A program made the translations under genes and the position numbers. From positions 46,441,181 through 46,505,180 of the forward strand of contig NC_083412.1 of assembly GCF_020745735.1 (NCBI RefSeq): a stretch of DNA of 64,000 bases, given 5' to 3'. Below are positions 1 to 9,654 of this stretch, piece after piece. Under the pieces are notes generated by a model. That model did not search any database. It had not been told where the DNA came from and was given only the letters and a program-made list of their open reading frames with translations. Within the stretch, counting starts at the first letter, position 1; every line of letters begins with the position of its first letter. This stretch comes from Hemiscyllium ocellatum. Taxonomy: Eukaryota.

Positions 1-780
1 CCCATACAGATTCTATACCTTCCAAATCTATGTTGTTTCTTACGAGGTCAACACTTTGCCCTCTGCCCATCAGCCTGTATTTTTGATAGGACCTTTGGAT
101 ATTTAGTTCCAATCTTGATCCCCTTGCGTCCAAGACGTAGTCACTGCGATACCCACAACATTGTGCCTGCCATTTTCAATCTGTGCTCCAAATTATTTTA
201 GCTTGTTTCACAGATAGTGCGTGTTTAAGTATATCAGCCTCAGTCCTGTGTTGACTCACCCCTTCTCATAGGTGTCCCATTACCAGCTGTGCCTGAAGTT
301 TGATTCCTGACCCTCTCTAAACATTCTGCCCTATTACTTGTTCTGGAAACATTAATAACCTCTGTGGAGCCCTTCCCTGCTTTAGCTTTTTCTGGAATTT
401 TCTATCCAACTGAACCCACACTGCCACGATTTCGTTTAAAGTGCTATTTACAGACCCAGTTGTGCAATTCACTAGGACTCTGATCCCAGCAATGATTCTG
501 ATACAGCCCATCCCATCAGAAAATCTCCCTGCTTCCCTAATATTGGTTGCAATGGCTCATGAATTCAAATCCACTGCTCCCACGTCAACCTTTGAGCCAC
601 TCATTTACCTCTTTAATCTTGTTGACCCTGGATGAGTTAGCTCGTGACTCAGATAGTAATTTGGAGATTATTACCATTTTGGTTTACTTTTTATCTTAGC
701 CCCGAGCTGCTCATGTTCCCTCAACAGAACCTTTCCTTTTCCTACCAATATTGTTGGTACCTAAGTAGATCATGACAACT
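1..780 (-). mobile_element. Old degenerate CR1 LINE: ORF1 esterase 3' half and start of ORF2 endonuclease; runs off the left edge
   Basis: Minus-strand remnants read VVMIYLGTNNIG (SGNH esterase block) near 780 and IYLN..I.NK...AQIENGRHNVVGI...GIESVW (APE N-terminus) in 1-240; many stops and indels. Confidence 0.8.
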
Positions 781-2462
781 AAATCAATACTTTTCATCAG
801 TATTCACTCAGGAACAGGACACTGTTGCTGATGTGAATATGGAGTCACAAATGATTAAAATGGATGGCCTGGAAATATGCAGGGAAGAGGTTCTGGGAAT
901 ATTGGAGAGGATGAAAATAGATAAGTCTCCTGGGCCTGATGGCATTTACCCTAGGATCCTATGGGAAGCTAGGGAGGAGATAGCAGAGCCATTGGCCTGG
1001 ATTTTTATGTCGTCATTGTCAACGGGAATAGTACCAGAGGACTGGAGGATAGCGAATGTGGTCCCCTTGTTCAAGAAAGGGAGTAGGGATAGCCCTAGTA
1101 ACTATAGGCCAGTGAGTCTGACTTCAGTGGTGGGTAAAGTCTTAGAGAGAATGGTAAGGGATAAGATTTATGAACATCTGGATAGGAATAACGTGATCAA
1201 GGATAGCCAGCATGGTTTTGTGAAGGGCAGGTCGTGCCTCACAAACCTTATTGAGTTCTTTGAGAAGGTGACTAAGGAAGTGGACGAGGGTAAAGCAGTA
1301 GATGTTGTGTATATGGATTTTAGTAAGGCATTCGTTAAGGTTCCCCATGGTAGGCTAATGCTAAAACTACGGAGGTATGGCATTGAGGATACATTAGAGG
1401 TTTGGATTAGGAATTGGCTGGCTGGAAGGAGACAGAGGGTAGTAGTTGATGGACTATGTTCATCTTGGAGTGCAGTTGCGAGCGGTGTACCACAAGGATC
1501 TGTTTTGGGACCATTGCTTTTTGTTATCTTTATAAATGATCTAGAGGAAGGGCTTGAAAACTGGGTAAGCAAGTTTGCGGATGACACAAAAGTCGGTGGA
1601 GTTGTGGATAGTGAGGAAGGAAGTGGTAGGTTACAGCGGGATATAGATAAGTTGCAGAGCTGGGCAGAAAGGTGGCAAATAGAGTTCAATGTCGCTAAGT
1701 GTGAAGTCATTCACTTTGGTAGGAGTAACAAGAAGATGGATTACTGGGCTAATGGTAGGCTACTTGGTAGTGTGGATGAGCAGAGGGATCTTGGTGTCCA
1801 TGTACACAGATCTCTGAAAGTTGCCACCCAGGTAAATAGTGCTGTAAGGAAGGCATATGGTGTACTGGGCTTTATTGGTAGAGGAATTGAGTTCCGGAGT
1901 CCTGAGGTCATGTTGCAACTGTATAAGACTCTGGTGCGGCCTCATCTGGAGTATTGTGTGCAGTTTTGGTCGCCATACTATAGGAAGGATGTGGAGGCAT
2001 TGGAACGAGTGCAGAGGAGGTTTACCAGGATGTTGCCTGGAATGGTAGGAAAATCTTATGAGGAAAGGCTGAGGCACTTGGGGCTGTTCTCATTGGAGAA
2101 GAGAAGGTTTAGGGGAGATTTGATAGAGGTGTATAAGATGATTAGGGGTTTAGATAGGGTCGACACTGAGAACCTTTTACCGCTAATGGAGTCAGGTGTT
2201 ACTAGGGGACACAGCTTTAAATTAAGGGGTGGTAGGTATAGGACAGATGTTAGGGGTAGATTCTTTACACAGCGGGTTGTGAGTTCATGGAATGCCCTGC
2301 CAGTAGCAGTGGTGAACTCTCCTTCTTTATGGTCATTTAAGCGGGCATTGGATAGGCATTTGGAAGTTATTGGGCTAGTGTAGGTTAGGTAGGATTCGGT
2401 CGGCGCAACATCGAGGGCCGAAGGGCCTGTACTGCGCTGTATCTTTCTATGTTCTATGTTCT
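781..2462 (+). mobile_element. Young 5'-truncated CR1 LINE (family A) inserted into the old CR1
   Basis: Frame open from the junction (LNQYFSSVFTQE) to TAG at 2383; short 3' UTR; (TTCTATG)n tail ending 2462; AACT duplicated at 777-780 and 2463-2466; host element resumes across the insertion. Confidence 0.95.
833..2383 (+). CDS. CR1 ORF2 reverse transcriptase and C-terminal region; endonuclease missing through 5' truncation, so probably not a functional gene
   Basis: KSPGPDG, NYRPVSLTS, QHGF..GRSC, YMDFSKAF(V)[28 protein letters not shown]; the usual AFD reads AFV; frame is already open at 779. Confidence 0.9.
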   Translation: MNMESQMIKMDGLEICREEVLGILERMKIDKSPGPDGIYPRILWEAREEIAEPLAWIFMSSLSTGIVPEDWRIANVVPLFKKGSRDSPSNYRPVSLTSVVGKVLERMVRDKIYEHLDRNNVIKDSQHGFVKGRSCLTNLIEFFEKVTKEVDEGKAVDVVYMDFSKAFVKVPHGRLMLKLRRYGIEDTLEVWIRNWLAGRRQRVVVDGLCSSWSAVASGVPQGSVLGPLLFVIFINDLEEGLENWVSKFADDTKVGGVVDSEEGSGRLQRDIDKLQSWAERWQIEFNVAKCEVIHFGRSNKKMDYWANGRLLGSVDEQRDLGVHVHRSLKVATQVNSAVRKAYGVLGFIGRGIEFRSPEVMLQLYKTLVRPHLEYCVQFWSPYYRKDVEALERVQRRFTRMLPGMVGKSYEERLRHLGLFSLEKRRFRGDLIEVYKMIRGLDRVDTENLLPLMESGVTRGHSFKLRGGRYRTDVRGRFFTQRVVSSWNALPVAVVNSPSLWSFKRALDRHLEVIGLV

Positions 2463-2610
2463 AACTGGATCTTTCCCCTCCCATTCAAGTTCCATTCCAT
2501 CTCCAGGTGAGATATCCTGTACCTGGACACCAGGCAGGCAACACAGTCTTCAGGAGTCTCAATCCTGGCATTGGAGAACGTGTCTATTCCCCTGGATATG
2601 CTAATTTCCT
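2463..2610 (-). mobile_element. Upstream remainder of the old CR1 ORF1 esterase split by the 781-2462 insertion
   Basis: Reverse complement gives LCCLPGVQVQDIS...EWEGKDPV, which joins VMIYLGTNN at 780. Confidence 0.8.
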
Positions 2611-2699
2611 GACTGTGCGAAGCTTACTCGATGTACACTTTCAATAAGCTCTCTTTTAAATATAGCTGAGATGAGACACAGTAGTTAAAAACTACTTTT

Positions 2700-2810
2700 T
2701 TAGTCAACCTGTTCAGGAATGTTATTACACACCTCTGGAATAGGTGGGACTTGAACTTGGGCTTCGTAGCTCAGAGGTAGAGATACTACCCACTACATCA
2801 CAAGACCCCT
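2700..2810 (-). mobile_element. Short tRNA-derived SINE
   Basis: Reverse complement starts GGGGTCTTGTGATGTAGTGG (A-box-like) and contains AGTTCAAGTCCC (B-box-like), followed by a short tail. Confidence 0.7.
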
Positions 2811-2832
2811 TAAAAATGAGAGCAAACAATGA

Positions 2833-2920
2833 GGGTTCATCCAAGATTTGAACCTGGGATCTCTTGCATGCCAGTTCAATACAAGTTCCTGAGCAAGGCT
2901 CATAATCCTAGACCAACACC
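2833..2920 (-). pseudogene. Decayed tRNA-Pro(AGG) gene with an 18-nt insert at the canonical 37/38 intron position
   Basis: Reverse complement GGTGTTGGTCTAGGATTATGAGCCTTGCTC-AGG-A-[ACTTGTATTGAACTGGCA]-TGCAAGAGATCCCAGGTTCAAATCTTGGATGAACCC aligns with vertebrate tRNA-Pro; all CpGs decayed; T5 run ~17 nt downstream. Confidence 0.8.
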
Positions 2921-2933
2921 AGTAGCACACATA

Positions 2934-3215
2934 TAGTCAGTTCTGCTACAATGTGAGTTATCTGCAATGCAAGAGTGATTTCTGGGTGGTTCTTTGACTA
3001 TGGCATTCACAGCACACTAGTGCTTCATCATAGGTTCATCCCATGTTATCAGAAAATAGCATAGCGGCAGCACCATTTAAACTAATGGGGCTGGGATCAC
3101 ATTATAACCAATTCATGCTTTAAAAGTTTGTGCTTTAGAAACAGTGTCTCCAGTTTGTCAATCGCATTGTAGCAGATTTGCATTAACGAAACATGTGTTA
3201 TAGCAGAATGACCTG
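2934..3215. mobile_element. Tigger/pogo-like MITE
   Basis: TA on both sides; imperfect TIRs TAGTCAGTTCTGCTACAATG and (reverse complement) CAGGTCATTCTGCTATAACA. Confidence 0.65.
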
Positions 3216-3224
3216 TAGTAGAAT

Positions 3225-3325
3225 CTTATGATCACAGAATCCCGACAGTGTGGAAGTGCATCGACCCTCTGAAGAGCATCCCTCCCAGACTCACACCCCA
3301 TCCCAACTTTGTTTTTCTGTAACTG
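3225..3325 (-). mobile_element. HE1-like SINE 3' fragment
   Basis: Matches the tail region of the SINE copies at 23114 and 31170. Confidence 0.6.
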
Positions 3326-4082
3326 TAAAGGTCAGCAACTGAACTGGTTCATAAGAGGTTGTCAGTGTACTTTTGCACAAAGAATAAAACTTTTATTCAG
3401 CAAGGAAAAATCACACACTATATTGCATTAGATGAAAGGTTGGAAAGTTGGTTGTGCATTCATCAGGAAAAGGTTCACGCTCAATTATATCCCAACAATA
3501 TAATTATAAACACTCAAACCTTAAAACCACAGTGTTCAGACTCTGGTGCAAATCGCGAATAGCTGGGGATAAGTTTCTTTATGGCAACCTCTGTACAATC
3601 ACTTCATGCTTTTTTCCAGTAATGGATCTATTTCTCTGAGAGAGCTGAAACAAATTGAAAATCAGATTCACTGTTACTTTTGTCTTTGTTACAACCAAGC
3701 CCTGGTGGGTTCCCTGGTGAGATTATTCAGGTTTCGGATGAATAGCCAAAACTGTTAAGCTCCCAGGTAATGAGAGATGAATAGGCTCCCCTTCTTTATT
3801 CATCTGCTTTCTCAGGTGCTCACAATAATGTCAATTTAAAGAATAGTTAGTGAAGTTAATGAAATAACAGTAATAGTTGAGTAGTGATTTTGAGATTGTT
3901 GGCTTTGCGAGTTGATTGAATTTATTTTCCCTTGTTTCCTTTTGACTAATTTGCTGGCTAACAGGCTTTAACACTCAGAGCAAGGAAGTCCTTTATCTGC
4001 AGTGCTAGAGTGATATTTGGGTGGTTCTTTGACTGTGGCATTCACAGCACACTCGTGCTTGCCCAAAGGTTATTACACACGT

Positions 4083-4545
4083 AAGGGTTCAGAAAAGATT
4101 TACAAGGATATTACCAGGGTTTGAAGGTTTGAGCTATAAGGAGAGGCTGAATAGTTTGGAGCTGTTTCCCTGGAACATTGGAGGCTGAGGGATGACCTTG
4201 TAGAGATTTATAAAATCATGAGGGGCATGAATAGGGTGAATAGGCACAATCTTTTCCCTGGGGTGGTGGAGTCAATAAATGTGGGTTTAAGGTGAGAGGG
4301 AAAAGATTTAAAATGGACTGAAGGGGCAACTTTTTCATGCAGAGGTTGGTGCTTGTATAGAATGAGCTGCCAGATGAAGAGGTAGGTACAATTAAAACAT
4401 TTAAACGGCATCTGGATGGGCATTTAAGAGGAAAGTTTTAGAGGGATATAGGCCAAATGTTGGCAAATTGGACTAGATTAATTTAGGATATCTGGTTGTT
4501 ACAGATGTGTTGGACCGAAGGGTCTATTTCTGGCTGTATACTTCA
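4083..4545 (+). mobile_element. CR1 family B 3' fragment
   Basis: RVQKRFTR...GLEGLSYKERL coding remnant, then the ...TTGGACCGAAGGGTCT 3' UTR. Confidence 0.9.
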
Positions 4546-7500
4546 GATCACTAGCACAACCTCTTTCACAAACAGGAAAATACCAGATTTGAACTAGATT
4601 TGAACTCCTGTTCTTGAGTCTTCTTGACAGGGGATACCACAATGTGTCACACACAAACAGTTTGCTGCACTTTCTCCTATTACGTCCACAATCTGAGATT
4701 GGTCCCAGCTGATTACAAGTCAATTTGTAGTGCATTTCTCCCTTTAAAATTCATCCCCTTTGAAGCTTCCTTGACACCACATCAGTTGACTTTCTAGAAT
4801 CTCTCTTTTTCTTTCGATCAGACATCCATTGACTTTACATCCACAGTCACCCTTTAGCTGCATATCCTTGTCTTTAAAAAAAAAGTTGTAATTAAACTTT
4901 AACATGTCTGTAGCTGATCCAGGGTTATGATTTGTGATCATAACAATCTCTGAACAAATACATGATTTTTCCCAAACTCAGCTGCACAGTCACCATGCTT
5001 CTATGGTTAGGCATATCTACACACAGACTGATCCTTTTTCGATTGCCCTGGCTTTCTCTGTATGTATGGACCTTATTGTTAGGTGACAACAGTTTTATTT
5101 TATTCTCTTTTTAAGGTATTGAACAATTCACCCTAATGGTTTAAAACTTCATTAAAATACATGTAATAAAACAGACCCCCAAGTTCAAAAATGAAACTCT
5201 AAAACTGACAACTATTTCTTACCCTTTTTAAAAAACAACACAACTTAAATTTAAAGTTTTAATTGTACCACACATGAGAAGACTGTTTTAGATGGGGGCT
5301 GATGTTTCCACGAAAAGGTATTTGAGAAAATGCAAGCAAACCTGAATGGTTATTGTATAACTGCTGGCTTCTGGCTTCATAATAAGCTTGAAAATATTGA
5401 TGACATCTCCGGACAATACTCTATCTAAGCTTAGAGCTTTGATTTCCTTTATTTTAGGCGTACAGCAACAAAGTTTATAACACTCCGCGACATTGCGTTA
5501 AATGTTGCTGTGTAATTTGTTGCTATTTTCGAAAACAAGCAAACCAGCCAGCATTAAGGATTTCCTGTGCCAGGATAATTTAGAGATATCTAGGAAGATA
5601 CAATTTAATTAAAAATGAACTTGTTCTCAAGCAGCAGCAGCAATCTGCTTTTGACATGTGCAATAACTTATTTCAGCATAACTTGTGACCAAGGAACAGG
5701 ATCAGGAGTAGATGTATACTTGAGTAAATGGGTTATTTGTTTTCATGGTAGAATGTTAGAAATGAAGCATATAGTAAGTAAGAATTTTGACCAGAGACAT
5801 TAAAAGAGTCCTTTTTCCTGTCTCTGGAAGACATATAATTATTGTTTTCTTTACCAATTGGAACGGAAAAGTATAGACTACACAAACTGAGGTCAGTGGA
5901 TTTTTGAAAATGAAGTCAACCATGAACTTTCTTAATAGATATTAAGTTTCAAAAATGCACAATAACTGAGTTAGTGAAGGTTTATGCTTATCAGTGTCAA
6001 CACTTCCATTATAAATTCATACTTTTTAATGGTCACTGACTACTTCAACTGGTCTGGAGGAATTGTATTCTTGTGCCAATGTTAATAATTACAATTCTTA
6101 AAATACAAGACTGTAGTATTGCATAAAAGTTGACTCAATACTCGAAATGGTATAGTAGGTATGTTTTATGCTTAAGAGTTAGACATACTGCTGCAAGAGA
6201 TGCATCAAAGAAAAATTATTTGATTTAGGGCTGATGACCTCTCCATGAGAAAAGTGCACCTGCAAGTAACATAGACAAAGCTTACTCACTGAATTAATGC
6301 CTTTACCCAGGTAATAATCTTTCTATTTAATTAGGTTGTGTGGTTTATATGAAAGGCTCTGAAGCTCACATGAGTGTGTATTCTACAACCTTCTAAATAC
6401 AACAGACACCTTCTGAAAACATTCTGGAGAAGAGCTACTTGGAGTGCATTTTTTTTAGCAGATCTCTCCAATTGATTTACCAGAACATCAATAGAGGTAT
6501 TGTGAAAACCCCAGGAAAAGCTGCACTACTTTTCCATATTTCTACAGCACTTCCAATTAATAATCTGGAAAACTCCTTGGAATTGCCACCGTTCACAACT
6601 ATATATCACACTTGATGTGGCAGGTGTCCGATATAATGGATACGGAAGAGGCATGCATGAGCAAGACACTTTGTGTATAATAAGTTTATCTCTTATTGGG
6701 TTAGCCATCCCTAATTTGAGTATTGTGTTCAGGTTATGCTGCAAGCGGTGATTCAGCTCCATGGAAACCACTCTTGTGATGTGCTGGTGGCAAATACAAG
6801 TCTTCAATCAGCAGTGGCATCTCCAGTTGAGAGTGATTCATAGATTTCAGTTCCAATATATTGCTGGGGATAAACTGTTTCATGCATTGTGTACTGTACT
6901 AATTTTTAGTGTCCAATTTATGTATTGAAAAATTAGGTGACTTTGTAAAACGGATGTATGAGATTTGATTTTTAATTTTAACATCAAAATGCATTTCTAT
7001 TCATAACATCAATTAAAAGCAAGCCTCAAAACTTTCTTTTCAGTTGAAGTATTTAAATGGTGCATTATGTGCCTGAATATGTTTTGTCTTTAATTTGGTA
7101 GAGCCCCTGCTGTTAATCAGTCTCAATGGACTCATTTCAGTGAATGAATAAGCCCTGCCTTCTGACAATGACATTGTTGTATTAGTCGTTTGTACTTTAT
7201 AAGCATTATTTTCCAATATGCAATTTACCAAATTCCATCCATTATTTTTCTTTGTCAGCTGACCATCATGCAAAAAATTATCACTGTGTTTAAAATTATA
7301 GAAGAACCACATTCTGAAAGGTTTATGATTGTGTTTCTATTTGTATTATTTTCAGTTCATATACTCTTTGTGTAGTGACCAATCCTTGATCACGAAAATG
7401 TTACATTCTTTGTGCCAGGGTTATTGCACACTGAGAGTTTGCACAATGCAGGGAATTTTTAGAATAGCTGAATAAAGGCAAAATTTCATCATTTCCTGAG

Positions 7501-7599
7501 GAAGGTTTGTCATATGAACTGGACCAGGCCATAAGCAGAATCTGTCTGACCAATGACTGCAATATGAATTCTTGTGAAATTGACTCCTTACCTTTGAAG

Positions 7600-7773
7600 A
7601 GAAAGTGAGGTCTGCAGATGCTGGAGATCAGAGTTGAAAATGTGTTGCTGGAAAAACGCAGCAGGTCAGGCAGCATCCAAGGAACTGAAGAAGGGCTTAT
7701 GCCCGAAACATCGAATCTCCTGTTCCTTGGATGCTGCCTGACCTGCTGCGCTTTTCCAGCAACACATTTTCAG
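7600..7773. mobile_element. Penelope-like fold-back insertion (family 1) with minimal hammerhead motif
   Basis: 51-bp inverted arms 7635-7685 and 7722-7772 (1 mismatch); CTGAAGA-A-GGGC-TTAT-GCCC-GAAA-CA-TC at 7685-7712; 15-bp TSD TCCTTA(C/T)CTTTGAAG at 7585-7599 and 7774-7788. Confidence 0.85.
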
Positions 7774-8267
7774 TCCTTATCTTTGAAGGTGACAAGCCTA
7801 AAGGATAGACATTCAGTCTCAGTATTGGAAAAAGTAGAGTGTACTGTGGTAATCTGTGCCTAACGTGCAATGCAAAGTTATTTAAAGATAATTTATGAAT
7901 AAACCCCTCATATTTATTTTTGGGGGAAGAATGAACAATAATTATTTGATTGCTGACCTTAAAGCCACGTTTGACTCCAGAAATTCTGCTTAACTTCCTT
8001 ACCGCAAGATAGAAGACTGGCAACTGTAGATCTGAGCTCTTGCTACACACAGCAAATATCAGAAACCTCTCATGACTAGTATAATGAGCACCAGCAATAT
8101 TGAATAATTTATGCTGCAATTTTGCAAACATTAGTTTGATGGCAAAGAGAGGTCTCAAAGTGTTAGCTGTAGCCATTTTGGGATGAATTAGGAATATAGG
8201 TACAGGAGTAGGCCACATAACTCCTCCTGTCTGTTCTAGTTTTTGTTTATGTCATGGCTTTTTTTTT

Positions 8268-8370
8268 TGTTATTCACTCAGGGCAAGTCGGTTTTTTATA
8301 GGCCATCCCTAGTTTCCCTTGAGAAGGTGAAGATGAGTTACCTGCCTGAATTGCTGCAGTTTATGAACTT
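8268..8370 (-). mobile_element. 3' tail fragment of the Zenon-like LINE family
   Basis: Reverse complement resembles 38780-38890 (CACCTTCTCAAGG...AGGGATGG). Confidence 0.65.
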
Positions 8371-8444
8371 GCTGATGTGTGACTTAAGTTCATACTGTTG
8401 TATATCTTTTAATACCTTTACTTGAAAAAAAACTATCAATTTAT

Positions 8445-9230
8445 GAAGAAAATACACTTTTTTTCAAAGCTTTTTGTCTTGCACTCACCAGGACAATTTG
8501 CAAGAAATACCGGTTCAAAAGGGAAACTAAAATTTATACTGCATGAGAGGACAGTGCTGACTGGTTGGTGAGTGGACTGTGATTGCAGAGGCTTTGCTAT
8601 GGAAAATGGATCCATTAATGCTGACTGACCATTTGTGACGAGCTATGTGTAAAAGTTAAACTAATACGTTGCCCTGACCAATCAGAGTCATTGCCCTGAC
8701 AAACAACCCAGCTATGTCACCTATTTTAATAAAAGAAAAACACTGTGGATGCTGGAAGTCTCACAACAAACAGAAAATGCTGAAGAAATTCAGGAGGTAT
8801 GGTCTCAACATTTGAGTTAATGTTGAAATCAATCAAAGTTAACATTTCAAGTCTGATATGACACTTCCTTTGTATTTATTTTGTTAAGTTGAAACAGGTC
8901 AAGTCCATGTACTTGTTGTTTCTGTATGCAAGAACAGGGGTCTCTATATTCATAGCTTCCAGGATATGATTAGGCATTGCACGTGAGCCTTACTAGCAAC
9001 ATTTAATTTGTTTTAAATTGGGATTATCCAGAAAATGTCCAATTGCAAAGAAAAAAAATCAATCAAATGTTGTACTCTTACGAATTTTGCAAGTGCAGGT
9101 TAGTTGGCTAAATTCAGTACATTGCTTATGATTGTTATCCTGGAAGCATCTTGTTGCTGATGAACACCACTCACGTTGCTACAACATAGTCACAGCATAG
9201 CACAACCAGTTTGAACTGTTGCTCAAATGT
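8445..9230 (-). mobile_element. Degenerate Penelope-like element (family 4): C-terminal ORF remnant and terminal repeat
   Basis: Minus-strand peptides TFEQQFKLVVLCCDYVVAT*VVFISNKMLP and AIGHFLDNP...ILEA...CIQKQQVHGLDLF resemble PLE RT/GIY-YIG C-termini; decayed hammerhead TGTC-CTGGTGA-GTGCAAGAC-AAAA-AGCTTT near 8465-8495. Confidence 0.6.
8735..8870 (-). mobile_element. Older PLE family 3 terminus nested in the family 4 PLE
   Basis: ACTGTGGATGCTGGAA...AAACAGAAAATGCTG...AGTTAACATTTC resembles 34442-34575. Confidence 0.6.
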
Positions 9231-9654
9231 TTCCTTCTCTTGTGTGGGGACATTGAGCTGAAGGGTCTCATGATAAGAGTTGGCCTCACGGCTTACTACA
9301 TCTGCATAGAGGTTGCCTAAGGCATACAAGACATACTTCTACATTCTATTTTGTCCACAACTAGTCAAAATAATTGGATGAATTGCTACAACTGATTTTG
9401 ATCCCAGTTTCCACTTAGATGGTGAAAGTTTCCTTCACTTTTGCAAAAACCCAACAGGATTTGCATATTGATAACAAGGCAGCGTCCATTTGCTTACTTG
9501 GCATTGTGAGCACATTCACCAATGTACCTCTCAAAGAAGCCCAAAGAAGCATAATATCAAGATTTGCCACCATTGTGTGAATCAATATTCATTGAACCTA
9601 TGCTGTTTTGGAAAATGCCAGGAGTGATTGGCTCAGGGCAATGTAACATTGACA

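Noticed and set aside
1168-1710. 180-aa antisense ORF and similar ORFs opposite the CR1 copies
   Set aside because: Shadow frames of CR1 ORF2
833-2383. RT ORF as a retron, DGR, group II intron or domesticated host gene
   Set aside because: Eukaryotic context; CR1 motifs, 3' tail, TSD and many paralogous fragments explain it fully
6526-6807. 93-aa ORF with an open antisense frame in unique DNA
   Set aside because: No recognisable protein similarity and no convincing splice pair
7635-7772. Long hairpins (also 34472-34670, 58796-58950) as microRNA precursors or MITEs
   Set aside because: Asymmetric arms, 14-15 bp TSDs, hammerhead cores and single-arm copies elsewhere fit PLE fold-backs better
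7697-8218. 173-aa minus-strand ORF
   Set aside because: Starts in a CR1 tail fragment and ends in the PLE hairpin; chance open frame
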